Part shown: one piece after another, positions 18,403-27,140 of the stretch
Layout of the letters: every line of letters begins with the position of its first letter
Position numbering within the stretch: the stretch's first letter is position 1
From: Sedimentisphaerales bacterium
GTDB taxonomy: Bacteria > Planctomycetota > Phycisphaerae > Sedimentisphaerales > Anaerobacaceae
Length of the DNA stretch: 64,000 nt
Direction of reading: 5' to 3'
NCBI GenBank assembly: GCA_040772485.1
Contig: JAXGYC010000007.1
Location: forward strand, 448,001 to 512,000
Made by a program: the position numbers and the translations under genes
The notes under the pieces: generated by a model
Seen by the model: only the letters and a program-made list of their open reading frames with translations
The model's database searches: none
Told to the model about the DNA's origin: nothing

Positions 18403-21400
18403 ATGAGAGGGTCGACAGAATCTCGTTCGCTCGGGGCGGTTCTGCCCGTCATCTTCATCGTGATTGCCGGGCTGATGTCGTCCGGCCTCGCCCAGTCGAT
18501 GGGCGATTGCGGCTGGCAGGACGGTCCGTTCCACAAGATGCACTGGCCGCAACTGCCGAATCTGACAGCAACCGGCAGCGCCGTGAGCCTCACGGGCGCG
18601 ACTGTGGCTGACGATTTCCTCTGCACCGCCACCGGCCCGATCCGAGGCATTCACCTTTGGGCCTCGTTCCGCAGCGACGACCTGCCCAAGGAAGGGGCGG
18701 ACAGCCTGACGATCAGGCTGAACCTCTATGCGGGCGTTCCCGCCGAGGGCCCCAAGTGGGGCCAGCCGGGCGAACTGCTCTGGACCAGGACCTTCTCGCC
18801 GGGCCGGTACACCGTCCAGGCCGTTCACAATGGGCCGCAGGATTGGCACGACCCTACGACGCAAGCGTACACTTGGGCCGATCACCGGCAGACCTATCAG
18901 TACGACTTCTCCGTGCAGGATGACCCGTTTATGCAGCAGGAGGGAAACACGTACTGGCTGGCCGTCGGCGTCGTCGAATCGGACACCAACTGTGCCCTTG
19001 GATGGAAGACCACCTCGCGCCGATGGCAGTGGAGCGACAGCGCGGTCTGCCTGACGCAGAGCCAGTGGAGCTGGATACCTGTGGGTTACCCGGACGGACA
19101 CGAGGATGCCGGCGCTCCCATAGGGCTGGCTTTCGTCATCACCGGCGGCGACGACACCGCGCCCGAATATGACCTCGGCGACGCGCCGGACAGCACCGGC
19201 AACTTCCCGGCGGTGAAGGTGCCCGCGTACCCATGCGGCGTCGCAGGCAGTTTTCCGACAGTGTACCAGGCCGGCAGTCCGCCCTATGGTCCCCTCCACC
19301 GGCAGCCCCGTGACGCGTTCTATCTCGGCGCCCGCGTCAGCCTCGAAAGCGAGGCCGACCTCGGCCCGGACGAAGACGGTCTCAACAATCTCGATCCGCC
19401 GTCCGACGCGTCCAATCGCGACGGGGGTGACGACGGCCTTGGCCTGCCCGTGGTGATGCCGCATCTCGGGCAGACAACTCTGACGTACACCCTCACGAAG
19501 ACGAGCCATCTGGCCCAGGCGGTCTATGTCAATGTCTGGTGCGATTGGAATCGCGACGGGGACTGGAACGACACGATCCTCGCGACGGACGGCACATGGA
19601 TCGCGGAATGGGTCGTCCAGGACCACCAGCCGAACGTGTCCGAGCCGGGGACCTTCACGTTCACGACCCCGGCGTTCACTTGCTGGCATCCTGTGGCCGA
19701 CAACGGAGATCCGATCTGGGTGCGAATCATCGCTTCCGAGCAAAGCTGGCAAGACGCCATCGCCGCTCCGAGGGTGGGCGGCGCAGGTCCGGCCGTCGGC
19801 TACCAGTATGGCGAGACGGAAGACTACTACCTGCGGCCGCTCCATGAGCCGATCGCCGTGCAGTACGACTGGGGTGATGCCCCCACAGGATATCCGACCC
19901 TCTCGGCCCACAACGGCGCTCGTCACATCGCCGCCGGGCCGTGGCTGGGAGGCGAACAGGATGCGCCCGATGCGGAGAACGACGGATGTCCTCAAGCCGG
20001 CGCTCTTGGCGACGACAACACCGGCAGGAATGACGAGAACGGCGTGGCGATCCCTCCTCTGGTCCAGGGACTGGACGCCTCGATCACCGTCCAGGTCAAT
20101 GGGGGCGGTGGCATCGTTCAAGGCTGGATCGACTTCGATGCGGACGGGATCTGGCAGGCCGACGAGAAGCTCTACGATACGTTCCTGCCGGATGGTGTCC
20201 ACGTCCTGTCTCTGAACGTCCCCGAGGATGCAACGGTCGGACAGACCTTTGCGAGATTCCGCATCAGCAACTCCGGCGATCTTGATCCTCAGGGCCTCGC
20301 AGCCACCGGAGAAGTCGAGGATCACGAAGTCTGGATCGAGGCGATGCTCTCCAACGTGAAGTGTTGTCAGCAACCCGATCTGACGCCGCATGGCATCGCC
20401 CTTCGCATCGACGGGGACCAGGAATCGCCCCGCGCGATGGCGGACGATTTCAAATGCACCAGCCGCGACCGGCTGACCCACATTCGCCTCTGGGGCTCCT
20501 GGAAGAACGATCAGAAAGGCCGGATCGATCTGGTTCGTCTTCGTATTCACGCCGACGATCCAGCCGGACCCGAGGGCGCCGACAGAACGAACGCGTTCAG
20601 CAAACCTCGTCCGGAGATTCTGTGGGACAAGCAGTTCGGCCCAGGCGCGTATCAGGAAAGCCTCTATCACGCGACGACTCTCGGCGGCCGGTGGTGGTGG
20701 GACCCCGCCTCCGGCCAGGCGATCTGTGACGACCACACCCAGGTCTGGCAGCTTGACTTCGCGATCGATCCGGAGGAGGCTTTTCTCCAGGAAGGGTCCG
20801 AGCAGGCCCCATGCGTCTACTGGCTGTCGGTCGAAGTACAGACCACAGGCGGCCAGTTTGGCTGGACGACGCGCCGCTGGCCCGACCACTTTATGGACGA
20901 CGCCGTATCGGACCTCGGCAGCAAGCTGCCCCGGCCCTGGCAGGAACTGCGCTATCCGAAGGGACATCCGTACTACGATTGCCGTCAGAACTCCATCGAC
21001 ATGGCCTTCTGTCTGATGTACTCGGCGAACGGTTCCGGCGAGCCCGTCACTTCGCGTCCGGCGACCGTGACCTACTGTCCGGCCATCGAGACGATGTGTC
21101 CGGCAACGGAGACGAAGTGCCCCGCCACGGCGACCAGATGCCCCGCCGTGGAGACGCAGTGTCCGGCGACGGAGACGCAGTGCCCGCCGATGCCCACGCG
21201 ATGTCCGGCGGTAGCGACCGAGTGTCCGGCGAACATCACGCAGTGCCCTACGATGGAGACGATGTGCCCCGCGACAGAGACGAAATGCCCGATCGCGATA
21301 ACCCAGTGTCCGGCCAGCGCGACCAAGTGCCCCGCCACGGCTACGGAATGTCAGGTATTCCCGACAACGTGTCCGGCGGTCGAGACGCAATGCCCGGCGG

Positions 21401-21678
21401 CGGTAACAAGCTGTCCGGCATCGGTGACACAATGCCCGGCAACGGAGACTCGGTGCCCCGCATCAGCAACCACCTGCCCGGTGATCAGCACATCGTGTCC
21501 AGCGTCCGAGACGATGTGCCCCGCGACTCTGACCCATTGCCCGCCCACGAACACGTCGTGTTCGGCCATTAACGTCACGGCTGAGGTTGGCGCTGTGCGG
21601 CGTCCAATGACGCAGACCTGCCCGGCCGTAGAGGCGGAGTGTCTCAGCGTCGCCGATTACCTGGCGACGGCGCGGTAG
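18403..21678 (+). CDS. Large secreted protein: two GEVED domains flanked by a duplicated unknown domain, plus a C-terminal Cys-heptad repeat tail
   Basis: GGAGGG RBS then ATG (18397 or 18403); signal peptide; YDLGDAP...GETEDY and YDWGDAP...GEVEDH; ADDFxCT domain twice; 24 x CPxxxTx. Confidence 0.8.
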   Translation: MRGSTESRSLGAVLPVIFIVIAGLMSSGLAQSMGDCGWQDGPFHKMHWPQLPNLTATGSAVSLTGATVADDFLCTATGPIRGIHLWASFRSDDLPKEGADSLTIRLNLYAGVPAEGPKWGQPGELLWTRTFSPGRYTVQAVHNGPQDWHDPTTQAYTWADHRQTYQYDFSVQDDPFMQQEGNTYWLAVGVVESDTNCALGWKTTSRRWQWSDSAVCLTQSQWSWIPVGYPDGHEDAGAPIGLAFVITGGDDTAPEYDLGDAPDSTGNFPAVKVPAYPCGVAGSFPTVYQAGSPPYGPLHRQPRDAFYLGARVSLESEADLGPDEDGLNNLDPPSDASNRDGGDDGLGLPVVMPHLGQTTLTYTLTKTSHLAQAVYVNVWCDWNRDGDWNDTILATDGTWIAEWVVQDHQPNVSEPGTFTFTTPAFTCWHPVADNGDPIWVRIIASEQSWQDAIAAPRVGGAGPAVGYQYGETEDYYLRPLHEPIAVQYDWGDAPTGYPTLSAHNGARHIAAGPWLGGEQDAPDAENDGCPQAGALGDDNTGRNDENGVAIPPLVQGLDASITVQVNGGGGIVQGWIDFDADGIWQADEKLYDTFLPDGVHVLSLNVPEDATVGQTFARFRISNSGDLDPQGLAATGEVEDHEVWIEAMLSNVKCCQQPDLTPHGIALRIDGDQESPRAMADDFKCTSRDRLTHIRLWGSWKNDQKGRIDLVRLRIHADDPAGPEGADRTNAFSKPRPEILWDKQFGPGAYQESLYHATTLGGRWWWDPASGQAICDDHTQVWQLDFAIDPEEAFLQEGSEQAPCVYWLSVEVQTTGGQFGWTTRRWPDHFMDDAVSDLGSKLPRPWQELRYPKGHPYYDCRQNSIDMAFCLMYSANGSGEPVTSRPATVTYCPAIETMCPATETKCPATATRCPAVETQCPATETQCPPMPTRCPAVATECPANITQCPTMETMCPATETKCPIAITQCPASATKCPATATECQVFPTTCPAVETQCPAAVTSCPASVTQCPATETRCPASATTCPVISTSCPASETMCPATLTHCPPTNTSCSAINVTAEVGAVRRPMTQTCPAVEAECLSVADYLATAR
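21076..21579 (+). repeat. 21-nt / 7-aa tandem repeat (24 units, consensus CPA(T/V/S)ET(Q/K/M))
   Basis: TGY Cys codons recur every 21 nt from 21076 to 21559 with no indel; synonymous sites vary between units. Confidence 0.92.
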
Positions 21679-21848
21679 CAGGTCGCATTGCAATATTGTA
21701 GTGACGGTCAGTCAGGCAGGGTTGCTGCAGAGCAACGCAAGCATCTGGGGCGACGATGAGGACGCCGCGGTGTCTCTCTATCGGTCAGGGCGACACAGGC
21801 AGGCCTTTTCGCATTGCCCGGCGTTGAGAACATGAGGATAATCCACGC

Positions 21849-24452
21849 GTGTACCCGGTTGAACATGAACAAGACGAACGACGGGTCGTGGATCCTCCGG
21901 CCAACGCTCCGGCCACCTTTGGCCTGTTGCTGGCTGTGCTGTCAGCCTTGGCCGGGGCGTGGATCGCCGCCGGCTCGACGGGCCTTCTGGCTCATCCACT
22001 CCGGCGCATTCTTGTCCTTGTCGCGCTCGGCATCGCGCTCTTGGTTCCCGGTGTTGGCACGCGGCGTCCGAAGCTGCGAGTGCTCCTGACCCCATTTGTC
22101 GCTTGCGCGGCTATCGCCATGGTCGCTCTGACGTCTCCGGCCGCAGGCGTCATGGGCGCCGCCGTCGTTCTCGCGTTTCTCGCGTGGGTATCCACCGACC
22201 AGAGCAGAGACGTTCTGCACGCCGGTGCTGCGGCAATCGCCTTGTTCGGCCTGTATGTCTTCGCCCGCACCGCCATCCCCTCAGTTTGGCGGCTCGCCGA
22301 CTTCTTCGGTGGCGCTCTCGGGTCTCTGGTGGGCATCGTCGCGCGCCGGCCACTGCACGTCGGCGCGACCTTCGCCGGCGTGGACTTCCCGATCATGACA
22401 AGCGCATTCTGGGCTCTGTACATGGTCCACACGAAACCGCCCCGTGCAGCGCGGGCAGCACACGGCTTTGTGGCGATCGTCCTTGGCCATGCGATATATC
22501 TCGTCGCATTGGCATATGTCCCCGACGTTCTCGCTGCCATCCCGCAGCCGGCCGATCAAAGCGTCGCGCTCGCCGCCTTCCTGCACAAGGCGCTGCCCTG
22601 GAATGCGCCACTGCTGGCGTGCGCCATTCATCTTCTCCTGGTCGGCACGATGCTTCGCTGGGCCGCATGGGCCCCTTCCGCCGCCAGCGAATTGGCAGAC
22701 CGACCCGCTCACTCGGCCTGGACCCGACTGGCGCTGGCCTCGGCGGCACTGGCCCTCGCGATTCTCCTGCCGATCGCTGCGACGCTGAACACGCGCCCTC
22801 TGAGCGTCGAGGGCAAGAAGATTGTGTTCTACGAGAGAGGCTTCGTGAACTGGCTCAAGCCGACCCACGGCTCGTATGGCAGGCTGTCCAGTGGGATGTA
22901 CGGAATGCTGCCGGTCTTCGTCGAGAGCCTCGGCGCGCGAAGCGTCCTCTCGCCGGACCTGTCCGAGACCGATCTGGCCGATGCCGATGTGCTGGTGCTC
23001 ATCTTCCCCGATGAATCCTGGGCCGACGGCCAGTTGCATCGCATCCACGATTTCGTCCGTCGCGGCGGATCGCTGCTGGTGATGGGCGAACACACGACGG
23101 GTAATGCTGACGGCGAGAACCGATTCAACGAGACGCTGGCGCCGACGTCGATGCGCGTGCGCTTCGACTCGGCCACTTTCGCGGCCGGTGGATGGCTGCA
23201 CTCGTACGAGACGCTCGCCCATCCGACCACGATGGGAATCTCTGACGATCGCAACGAGTTCGGCGTGGTCATCGGGGCCTCAATCGCAGCGAGGCGGCCC
23301 GCGCGGCCGCTGCTCGTCGGGCGATGGGGCTTCAGTGACATTGGAGACGAGGCCAGCGCCCAGGCCATGATGGGAAACAGCCGCTACGACCCCGGCGAGA
23401 GGCTCGGCGACATCGTGCTGGCGGCGGAGCAATCGGTCGGCAAAGGTCGCGTCATTGCCTTCGGTGACACCTCGGGCTTCTCCAACGCGATCAACGTCTC
23501 ATCGCACGTTTTCACGTCGAGGCTTCTGGCGTATCTGGCCGGCGGCCCAAGCGCCCAACCGATGTGGCGACAGCTCGCAGGCATGCTGATCGCGCTGCTG
23601 CTGGCAGTCCTGCTCTGCCTGCATTCAAGTGCAGGGAAGACGGCACTGGTCGCGCTGGGCCTGGCTGCATCTGCAACAATCTGTATCCACGCCAGCGCCG
23701 CAGCCGTGAAACCGCTGCCGGACGGACGCCGTACGAACCCCAACAACCTGGCCTACATCGACGCATCTCATCTCGAAGCCTTCAGTGGCGAATCCTGGCG
23801 GCCCGACGGCGTCGGGGGCCTCGCGCTGACGCTCATGCGCAGCGGTTACCTGACGCTCTCGCTGCCCGAGCTGACGCCCGAGCGTCTCGAACGAGCCGGA
23901 TTACTCGTTTCGATTGCGCCAACCTGTGCGTTTTCTCGCGATGAGATACAGACCATCGCCGATTTCATCCGCAGCGGCGGCACATTCATCATGACCGCCG
24001 GCCGGGACCGGATCGAGGCCAGCCTGCCCTTGTTGAGAGAACTCGGGTTCGAGCCCGAGCAGGCCGGATCGCCGGAGCCGATACCGTTGGGACACTTCAA
24101 GTCGCCCTATCTCGAATCCAACGGCCGCCGGGTCTACGTGCGCTTCCATGCTGCCTGGTCTGTGCGGTGCGCCGACCCGAACGCGCGCGTGATCGCCTAC
24201 GGGCGAGACAACCAGCCTGTCATCATCCTTCGCAGGATCGGGGCCGGCAAGGCGGTCCTCGTCGGCGACACGTGCTTTGCAATGAACAAGAACCTCGAAT
24301 GGGAAAGCGGCGAGCCGTTCGAGGGACTCCGCGAGAACGCCGACTTCTGGCGGTGGTTCCTCACAGCGCTGCGCGATGAGCCTATGTGGCTTCCGGAGGC
24401 GGTTCGCGAACAGCCCGCCGCTGGCGCGTCCGGCGAGGAGGTGACGCCATGA
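21849..24452 (+). CDS. Polytopic membrane protein with two GATase-like (DUF4350/GldG-like) domains
   Basis: About 9 N-terminal hydrophobic helices; DADVLVLIFP..FVRRGGSLLVMGEHT..GKGRVIAFGDTSGFSN; two more TMs; second domain FIRSGG..GAGKAVLVGDT. Start uncertain. Confidence 0.72.
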   Translation: MYPVEHEQDERRVVDPPANAPATFGLLLAVLSALAGAWIAAGSTGLLAHPLRRILVLVALGIALLVPGVGTRRPKLRVLLTPFVACAAIAMVALTSPAAGVMGAAVVLAFLAWVSTDQSRDVLHAGAAAIALFGLYVFARTAIPSVWRLADFFGGALGSLVGIVARRPLHVGATFAGVDFPIMTSAFWALYMVHTKPPRAARAAHGFVAIVLGHAIYLVALAYVPDVLAAIPQPADQSVALAAFLHKALPWNAPLLACAIHLLLVGTMLRWAAWAPSAASELADRPAHSAWTRLALASAALALAILLPIAATLNTRPLSVEGKKIVFYERGFVNWLKPTHGSYGRLSSGMYGMLPVFVESLGARSVLSPDLSETDLADADVLVLIFPDESWADGQLHRIHDFVRRGGSLLVMGEHTTGNADGENRFNETLAPTSMRVRFDSATFAAGGWLHSYETLAHPTTMGISDDRNEFGVVIGASIAARRPARPLLVGRWGFSDIGDEASAQAMMGNSRYDPGERLGDIVLAAEQSVGKGRVIAFGDTSGFSNAINVSSHVFTSRLLAYLAGGPSAQPMWRQLAGMLIALLLAVLLCLHSSAGKTALVALGLAASATICIHASAAAVKPLPDGRRTNPNNLAYIDASHLEAFSGESWRPDGVGGLALTLMRSGYLTLSLPELTPERLERAGLLVSIAPTCAFSRDEIQTIADFIRSGGTFIMTAGRDRIEASLPLLRELGFEPEQAGSPEPIPLGHFKSPYLESNGRRVYVRFHAAWSVRCADPNARVIAYGRDNQPVIILRRIGAGKAVLVGDTCFAMNKNLEWESGEPFEGLRENADFWRWFLTALRDEPMWLPEAVREQPAAGASGEEVTP

Positions 24453-26989
24453 GACGGGCCTGGATCGGTCTGGCGTTGCTGAGCGCATCCTGGCTGTTCG
24501 CTCTGGGCTACTATCACGATCCCAACTGGGCGATCTGGGCGCTCCTCGTGCTGGCGGGCGTCGGGCTCCTCGTCGGCATCAACCTCCGCGCGCCTGCACA
24601 CATCGAATCCGTTGTCGCGGCGACGTTATTGGCGCCGGTGGTGCTCCTGGCTCCGTGGCCCTGGCGGGCTCCGGTGCTGCTTCTCGTCGCCGGCCTGTTG
24701 CTCTGTGTCGCGCCGATCCCGAGGCGATGGCCGCGTCGGCTGGGCCTGGCCACACTGACTGCCGGGATGATCCTCACCTTCCAGGCTGCCGGAATGCTCG
24801 CCTACGAGAGTATGACGGCGCGGTCGCACGAGCTTCCCTGGCAACTGGCCAGAATGCTCCACGGGATCGCGCATATCCTCGGGATTCCCGTCGCCCTCGA
24901 TGGTACAACCCTGACGCTATACTCTATTCGACATACCCATCGCCTCGGCACGACGTGGGGCCTGCTGCTGGACCCCGTGACATTCAACTTCCTCGTTGGA
25001 GGCGTGGTGCTGCTCTGCCTGCGAACGCCCGCAACGTCGCTCGCCGGGATTCTCAGACACGGAATCTTGCAGTTGCTCGGCCTGATCCTGTGCATCGCTC
25101 TCTGGCTGCCCGTCCGGGCGGCGCTCCTGGTCGCGGTCCACATGCACCGCGCCCTGCGAACGCCATACGAGGCGCCGCTGGCCTTGATGGGGCCCTTCTG
25201 GAATCCCTGGGTGCTGTTGCTGCTTCTGGCAGGTCCTGTCTTTCTGGCATGGCGATTCGTTCGCATACCGATCACCGAACCGACTCGGCCGATTGCTGCG
25301 CCGGGACGATCGAGGCGCATCGTCTGTGTGGTCGTGGCATTTGCAGGCGCGCTGCTCGTGACAATCGGACTTCTGTGGGCCCCCTCGGGCCCGCGTAAGC
25401 AGGGCCGCATCTGGGTGGACGAGCACCGCTCGACGTGGGAGCGCACCGACCGGCCCTACGATCCCAACTGGTACGGCCAGGATTCCGGATACAATTACGC
25501 GTGTATCTACGACTATTGCTCCCGTTGCTATGACATGGGCCGGCTGAACGCGCCTATCGACGCGAACACCCTCGACGGATGCGACGTCCTGATGGTGAAG
25601 GTGCCGACGGCGCGCTATACGCCGGAGGAGATCGCGCAGATCGAACGGTTCGTCGAGACCGGCGGCGGCCTCCTGCTGGTCGGCGAGCACACCAACGTCT
25701 TCAACTCGGGAACCTATCTCAACGACATCGCCACGCGGTTCGGCTGCCGCTTCCGATATGACTGCCTGTTCGACATCGACACACCCTTCGAGCAGCTCTA
25801 CCGCCTGCCGCTGGTGCCGCACCCGATTGTCCAGCATATGCCGCCGATGGATTTCGCCGTCTCGTGCTCCATCGAGCCGCAGTCGAGCGCCGGCCGGGCC
25901 GTCATTCAGGCAACGGGCCTGCGAAGCCTGCCGGCCGACTATCACGCGAGCAACTACTATCCCCAGGTCGAGGATCGGGCCGATGCGAGATACGGCGCCT
26001 TCCTCCAGTTGTGGACGGCCGATCACGGCTCCGGCCGCGTCGCCGCGTTTGGCGATTCCACGATCTTCTCGAACTTCTCGACGTTCGAGCCGGGCAAGGC
26101 CGAGCTCATGCTGGGCATGCTCGAATGGCTCAATCACAAGTCTCCATCGCGGGATGCCAGGCCGGTCCTGATCGTGCTTGGCGTCCTGGCCGGCGCGGGT
26201 GCTCTGGTCGTCGGCCGGACCTGGCCCGGCGCCGGATTCGTCCTGGTCAGCGGCGTCCTGCTGGGCGTCACCACCGCCGGCCTGGCCGTGCGAGCGATGC
26301 ATCAAGCTGCCATGCCGGCGCCCAAGGCAGGTCGGCCCTTCACCCACGTCGTCATCGACCGCACTGTCTGCGATTCGCCGCTGTCGAGAAGCGGCTTCAT
26401 CGCCGGTCAGGCCGATGGATTCGGGATCTTCGAACGGTGGATTCTCAGGCTGGGCTATTTCACCTCTCGGCGCAGCGGTCCCGCCGCCTTCTCGGGCGAT
26501 CTGCTGGTCTTCCTGTATCCAAGCAAGGGAGTCTCCGCCGACTTCCGCAGACAACTGGCCGACTACGTTGACGGCGGCGGGCAAGTCCTCGTAATCGACG
26601 CTCCGGCCAACACCGGGTCCACCGCCAACGCCCTGCTGCACCCGTTCGGCATGCGAATGGTCAACACCCCCCTGCTGGCCGGGCCGCTGGAGGCCCCGGC
26701 TGGCTGGCCCGTCAACGTAACGGCTCGAAACGCCGGCCGGATCAAGGGGGGCACGCCCCTGATCCGGATCGCCGGCCAGCCAGTGGCCGCGACCGCCGAA
26801 TTCGGCAAAGGGACCGTCACCGCCATCGGTTTCGGCGCCCAGTTTGCCGACCTGAACATGGGAGTGACCGCCGATACGATCCCCGATGTCGCGATGCGGA
26901 ATCTCTACGAGCTCCAGTTCCAACTGCTCCGCTCGATCGTCTCCGACGCCGGACCGTTTGGAGCCGATCCGAACGCAGCAGGCTGGTGA
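24449..26989 (+). CDS. Paralogous polytopic membrane protein with an exosortase-like region and two GATase-like domains
   Basis: ATGA overlap with the upstream gene and GAGGAGG RBS; CDVLMVKVP..FVETGGGLLLVGEHT..GSGRVAAFGDSTIFSN; second domain YVDGGGQVLVID..FGKGTV. Confidence 0.75.
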   Translation: MRRAWIGLALLSASWLFALGYYHDPNWAIWALLVLAGVGLLVGINLRAPAHIESVVAATLLAPVVLLAPWPWRAPVLLLVAGLLLCVAPIPRRWPRRLGLATLTAGMILTFQAAGMLAYESMTARSHELPWQLARMLHGIAHILGIPVALDGTTLTLYSIRHTHRLGTTWGLLLDPVTFNFLVGGVVLLCLRTPATSLAGILRHGILQLLGLILCIALWLPVRAALLVAVHMHRALRTPYEAPLALMGPFWNPWVLLLLLAGPVFLAWRFVRIPITEPTRPIAAPGRSRRIVCVVVAFAGALLVTIGLLWAPSGPRKQGRIWVDEHRSTWERTDRPYDPNWYGQDSGYNYACIYDYCSRCYDMGRLNAPIDANTLDGCDVLMVKVPTARYTPEEIAQIERFVETGGGLLLVGEHTNVFNSGTYLNDIATRFGCRFRYDCLFDIDTPFEQLYRLPLVPHPIVQHMPPMDFAVSCSIEPQSSAGRAVIQATGLRSLPADYHASNYYPQVEDRADARYGAFLQLWTADHGSGRVAAFGDSTIFSNFSTFEPGKAELMLGMLEWLNHKSPSRDARPVLIVLGVLAGAGALVVGRTWPGAGFVLVSGVLLGVTTAGLAVRAMHQAAMPAPKAGRPFTHVVIDRTVCDSPLSRSGFIAGQADGFGIFERWILRLGYFTSRRSGPAAFSGDLLVFLYPSKGVSADFRRQLADYVDGGGQVLVIDAPANTGSTANALLHPFGMRMVNTPLLAGPLEAPAGWPVNVTARNAGRIKGGTPLIRIAGQPVAATAEFGKGTVTAIGFGAQFADLNMGVTADTIPDVAMRNLYELQFQLLRSIVSDAGPFGADPNAAGW

Positions 26990-27140
26990 GGCAGCGTGCC
27001 TGGGCCGGGCGGCCCCTCTCACGACAATCCAAAAAGTCTCTGCACACGTACGAGCGGAGGAATTTTGCCCGAATCGAGCGAAAAACTCCCAGAAATCGTC
27101 ACATCGAGACGCCTCGCCTGACTTTATTATATAGCCGAGG

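Noticed and set aside
21072..21578. Minus-strand ORFs with AGHCVSV repeats
   Set aside because: Antisense shadows of the CPA..T repeat.
21076..21579. CRISPR array or DNA-level VNTR
   Set aside because: The 21-nt period has no unique spacers, varies at synonymous sites and lies in frame within a CDS; no cas genes are present.
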